This document shows positions 28,909-32,000 of a DNA stretch of 32,000 nt, piece after piece (within the stretch, counting starts at the first letter, position 1; every line of letters starts with the position of its first letter). Where the stretch lies: the NCBI RefSeq assembly GCF_035285525.1, contig NZ_JAYKGW010000141.1:31068-63067 (forward strand). The letters run 5' to 3'. Position numbers and translations under genes: made by a program. The notes under the pieces are model-generated. The model made no database searches. It had not been told where the DNA came from and worked only from the letters and a program-made list of their open reading frames with translations. Origin of the DNA: Okeania sp. GTDB lineage: Bacteria > Cyanobacteriota > Cyanobacteriia > Cyanobacteriales > Microcoleaceae.

Positions 28909-28930
28909 ATAACTGATAACTGATAACTGA
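28909..28930. repeat. Heptamer array (AACTGAT) x3
   Basis: It begins immediately after the stop of the HD-domain gene. Confidence 0.85.
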
Positions 28931-28931
28931 A

Positions 28932-29777
28932 TTAAGTACCAATCGTTTTACAAAAGTCATGCTCAACTAAAAATACATTTGAATAAAGATTAGCAATAAT
29001 TTGCTTACCTTGTTGTGTTAGTGATAAATATTTTAAAGCATCTTTTATATAAGGATGAACCCCGTGCCAAAAAAATTGAGGATAATTATCAAGTAGGTCG
29101 CTAGGATTTTTATATCCTACCTTTTGGTTAAAACCTGTCTCCTCAAATTCATAAAATAAATAACCTATTTTTTTAAGATAACGGGGGTCACTTAACTGAC
29201 CGATTAAATCTGCCGCCCGTACTAAACCAGGATAATTAACAGTATCTTGATGGTCTGATTCTTGCGGCACAGGAAAACGTGTTAATTCAATATTTATCTT
29301 AATTATTTCTGCATCAATTAACCGATGACCACCAAATCTTTCATTAATAAATAATTTCGCTCTATCTACATGATAAGGAGTTAAACTAGCATCAGTACAA
29401 CCTAAAGGCAAATCAACCATTTCATCTCCTGTACCTGTAGCATAACTACCTTTTTTATCTTGCAGACAAACTCCTTTTACATATCCAATATCATGGCAAA
29501 CTAACGAAATAATATAGTGTAGCCAATCTTCACAAGAAACTCCTCCTTCTCTAATATGTTTTCCCCTCAGAATTTCTTGGCCTACAAGAGTTACTAGAAT
29601 CGTATGTTCAACATTGTGGTAAAGAGCATCACTATTAGCAATATTTTCTAGTGCCATATTTCCTGCCCAACCAATAATTTCTTCGTAATTAGATTTATAA
29701 CCACCATAAGTTCGATGGTAGCCTTCCTTAATTTTTTCGACAAATGAATTAATTAGGATTTCGGTGGCATTAAACAT
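28932..29777 (-). CDS. HD-domain metal-dependent phosphohydrolase-like protein
   Basis: Has LYHNVEHT followed by LVCHDIGYV (the H...HD pattern). 281 aa. Confidence 0.75.
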   Translation of the reverse strand: MFNATEILINSFVEKIKEGYHRTYGGYKSNYEEIIGWAGNMALENIANSDALYHNVEHTILVTLVGQEILRGKHIREGGVSCEDWLHYIISLVCHDIGYVKGVCLQDKKGSYATGTGDEMVDLPLGCTDASLTPYHVDRAKLFINERFGGHRLIDAEIIKINIELTRFPVPQESDHQDTVNYPGLVRAADLIGQLSDPRYLKKIGYLFYEFEETGFNQKVGYKNPSDLLDNYPQFFWHGVHPYIKDALKYLSLTQQGKQIIANLYSNVFLVEHDFCKTIGT

Positions 29778-30402
29778 ATTTTATAGTTAACTGATTAAGA
29801 TTTTTTTTATTCATTTTTATTGTAGTTATTAGCCTTCGGCTATCAGCTAGAAGATATTAACTTATTATCGCATTAAAGCAGAAATTAGTCTGGAAGGAAA
29901 ATTAAAACTTATGAATAAAACTTTATTAAATTCAAAAGTTGTTTGCGTAGTATTTCGGAGAAATGCTCAATGCTAATAACCTAAGTATTCAGCCGTCAGC
30001 TAGCCTCTTTCAGAGGAGCTACGCTAGCAGCTTCAGCTATTGTTTTAATTGACAATAAAAGCTTTATTAATTGAGTCAAAATTAAACATTACTATAAAAG
30101 TTAGTTCCTTGTACTATTCGCTCTCGGTCAGAAGTAATTATTTATTACTAATTGCTGATAGCTAAATGCTAATAGCTGAAGACTTACCTAATAACTCAAT
30201 AATTTTCGCGACTTCAAAAGGCTAAAACGTTTATCTGTAAATGCTTTTAGATTTAATCAGCAGAGCAATAATTATACCAGGTTCAAAATGAGAAATATTT
30301 GTACATAAATTATTATGCAATTTACACAAATATAAAAAAACTATAATTTTTCTTTAATTTTTCTTTACAATAAATATAAGTCCAATATAGAGGTGAACTA
30401 AA

Positions 30403-32000
30403 TTGAAAGAGCTAATTTTACCAGAAAGCTTCATCAGAAAGCAACAGAGAAACCATCTAAATGATTCTAACCAAACAGAGATTTCTAACATAGATGGTTC
30501 AACACTCTATTCTCCACCAGCCAAAAACCGAGAAAACATTAACAATACCAAACAATTTCTGGCTCCAGAAAATGGCTTAACGCTTTATTCTCCCATAGCA
30601 GAAGATGAAGAAAATGTCAATTATACTAGAGAATTTCCCAGTCCCAAAAATCGAGGGGGACCGCAAGGATTAATTTTTGGTGTTGCTATTGGTGTGATTG
30701 CTAGTGTGGTGAGTATTCAAGTCATTATTCCCAGAGTAAACCTAAAGGCAGAAAGTAATACTAAACCCACAGAAACTATTGCCGATGTAGTAGAGACTAA
30801 TCTTAGTCCTACTATGAGTGTAACAGTAGCCGATGTCAAATTAGCAACCGTAGAACGTACCCTTGATGCGACTGGTAGCGTCGTTGCCTTTGACCTGTTA
30901 CCAGTGTTGCCACAAGCGAACGGTTTGCAAATTCAACAAGTCTTGGTAGAGGAGGGGGATAAAGTTACTCAAGGTCAAGTGATAGCGGTTTTGGATGACT
31001 CAGTTTTGAAATCGCAAATTAACCAAACTACATCTCAGGTAGCATCTGCTAGAAGTCAAGTCGAACAAAGAAAAACTGTTTATGCTAAAGCTAAAGTTGC
31101 TGTCGAACAAGCTATTGCTGCTCGCGAACAAGCTGAAGCTGACAGAGACCAAATTAAAGCTACTATTGCTCAAGCTCAAGCTGGTAAAGATGAAGCGATC
31201 GCTGGTTGGGAACAGACTCAAGCAAGTAGGGATGATGCTATAGCTGCTCTGAGACAAACTCAAGCGAGTAGGGATGATGCTGTTGCTGCTCTCAAACAAG
31301 CTCAAGCAAGTCGGAATGATAGTTTAGCATCTGTTGCTCAAACTGAAGCAAAGTTAGCAGAAGCAAAAGCGAACCAAGAACAAGCAATGAGAGATTTTGA
31401 ACGATATCAAAGTCTGAATGCGGAGGGTGTTATTAGTTCTCAGGAATTAGAAACTCGTAGCACTGCTGTCAAAACTGCGACCCAAGGAGTACGAGTTGCG
31501 GAAGCTAATATTGATAGTGCTAAAGCTAAAGTTGAAGTTGCGGAAGCTAATATTAAAAGTGCTAAAGCAAAAGTTGATATTGCGGATGCAAATATTAAAA
31601 GTGCTAAAGCAAAAGTTGATATTGCTAACTCAAATGTCAGCAGTGCCAAAGCTAGAGTTGAGAGCGCAGAAGCGAATATTAGTAGTGCAATGGCGCAACT
31701 ACGGAGTGCGGAAGCTAGAGTTAATAGTACCAAAGCTAGTGTAAGTAGCGCTCAGACAGATGTTGATAGTGCATTGTCGAATATTGATAGTGCGATCGCA
31801 AATGTTAGAAGTGATGAAGCTCGTTTACAAGAGAGACAAACTCAGTTAGTACAGACTTTGGTGAAAGCACCTGCGGATGGTATTATTGCAGAACGAATAG
31901 CTCGTGTTGGTGATGTGAGTTCTAGTAGCAAAAAGTTATTTTCTATTATTAAAGATAATCAATTAGAGTTAGAATTAAAAGTACCAGAAACTCAGTTACC
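30403..32000 (+). CDS. HlyD-family membrane fusion / periplasmic adaptor protein with an extended coiled coil; partial, continues past the right edge
   Basis: TTG start at 30403, preceded by AGGTGA and an in-frame TGA at 30394. It has a TM helix (GLIFGVAIGVIASVVSIQVII). The lipoyl half-motifs are GLQIQQVLVEEGDKVTQGQVIAVLDD and VKAPADGIIAERIARVGDVS. The frame is open to base 32000. It is absent from the track because no stop lies in the window. Confidence 0.85.
   Translation, partial: MKELILPESFIRKQQRNHLNDSNQTEISNIDGSTLYSPPAKNRENINNTKQFLAPENGLTLYSPIAEDEENVNYTREFPSPKNRGGPQGLIFGVAIGVIASVVSIQVIIPRVNLKAESNTKPTETIADVVETNLSPTMSVTVADVKLATVERTLDATGSVVAFDLLPVLPQANGLQIQQVLVEEGDKVTQGQVIAVLDDSVLKSQINQTTSQVASARSQVEQRKTVYAKAKVAVEQAIAAREQAEADRDQIKATIAQAQAGKDEAIAGWEQTQASRDDAIAALRQTQASRDDAVAALKQAQASRNDSLASVAQTEAKLAEAKANQEQAMRDFERYQSLNAEGVISSQELETRSTAVKTATQGVRVAEANIDSAKAKVEVAEANIKSAKAKVDIADANIKSAKAKVDIANSNVSSAKARVESAEANISSAMAQLRSAEARVNSTKASVSSAQTDVDSALSNIDSAIANVRSDEARLQERQTQLVQTLVKAPADGIIAERIARVGDVSSSSKKLFSIIKDNQLELELKVPETQL
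31495..31830 (+). repeat. Intragenic 42-bp (14-aa) tandem repeats, about 8 units of decaying identity
   Basis: The units GTTGCGGAAGCTAATATT.A.AGTGCTAAAGC.AAAGTTGA. encode VAEANI(D/K)SAKAKV(E/D). The first three units are nearly identical. Confidence 0.85.

Noticed and set aside
31000-31744. ORFs at 31000-31305(-), 31440-31733(-) and 31496-31744(+).
   Set aside because: They are alternative-frame or antisense readings of the repetitive Ala/Lys/Ser coiled-coil region of the HlyD-type gene. Their translations are low-complexity.

Overview
The window looks like a chromosomal segment from a filamentous, low-GC cyanobacterium, probably Nostocales-like. Evidence: rpoC is split into rpoC1 and rpoC2, GCGATCGC (HIP1) octamers are frequent, and tandem heptamer (STRR-type) arrays are dense. 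The left ~13 kb is core housekeeping. On the minus strand it carries rpsT, tatD, rpoB, rpoC1 and rpoC2 (rpoC2 runs off the left edge), with hisD divergent on the plus strand. The right ~19 kb is looser and repeat-rich. It holds a signal-peptide protein, a candidate Yfr1-type sRNA missed by the ORF track, an alpha/beta hydrolase, and a decayed Uma2-family endonuclease pseudogene with scattered fragments. It also holds an orphan 180-aa protein and a glycan-modification cluster: gmd, an FkbM-methyltransferase/GT11-like/coiled-coil fusion, a TPR protein, and a GT2 with a coiled-coil tail. Further right are a SAM methyltransferase, a lone OppC-like ABC permease, an HD-domain protein, and a HlyD-type adaptor with a very long repetitive coiled coil that runs off the right edge. 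I found no rRNA, tRNA, CRISPR array, transposase or integrase. The most unusual aspect is the non-coding architecture. At least seven heptamer families sit exactly on gene boundaries and several supply the last codons and stop codon of genes. Small inverted-repeat-bounded elements carry these arrays. Hairpin elements fill the spacers inside the essential rpoB-rpoC1-rpoC2 operon. One nested insertion has a clean 9-bp target duplication. A 126-bp unit is tandemly repeated about 2.8 times. I see no convincing novel multi-gene protein system. All family assignments come from reading translations and motifs by eye, with no database search.
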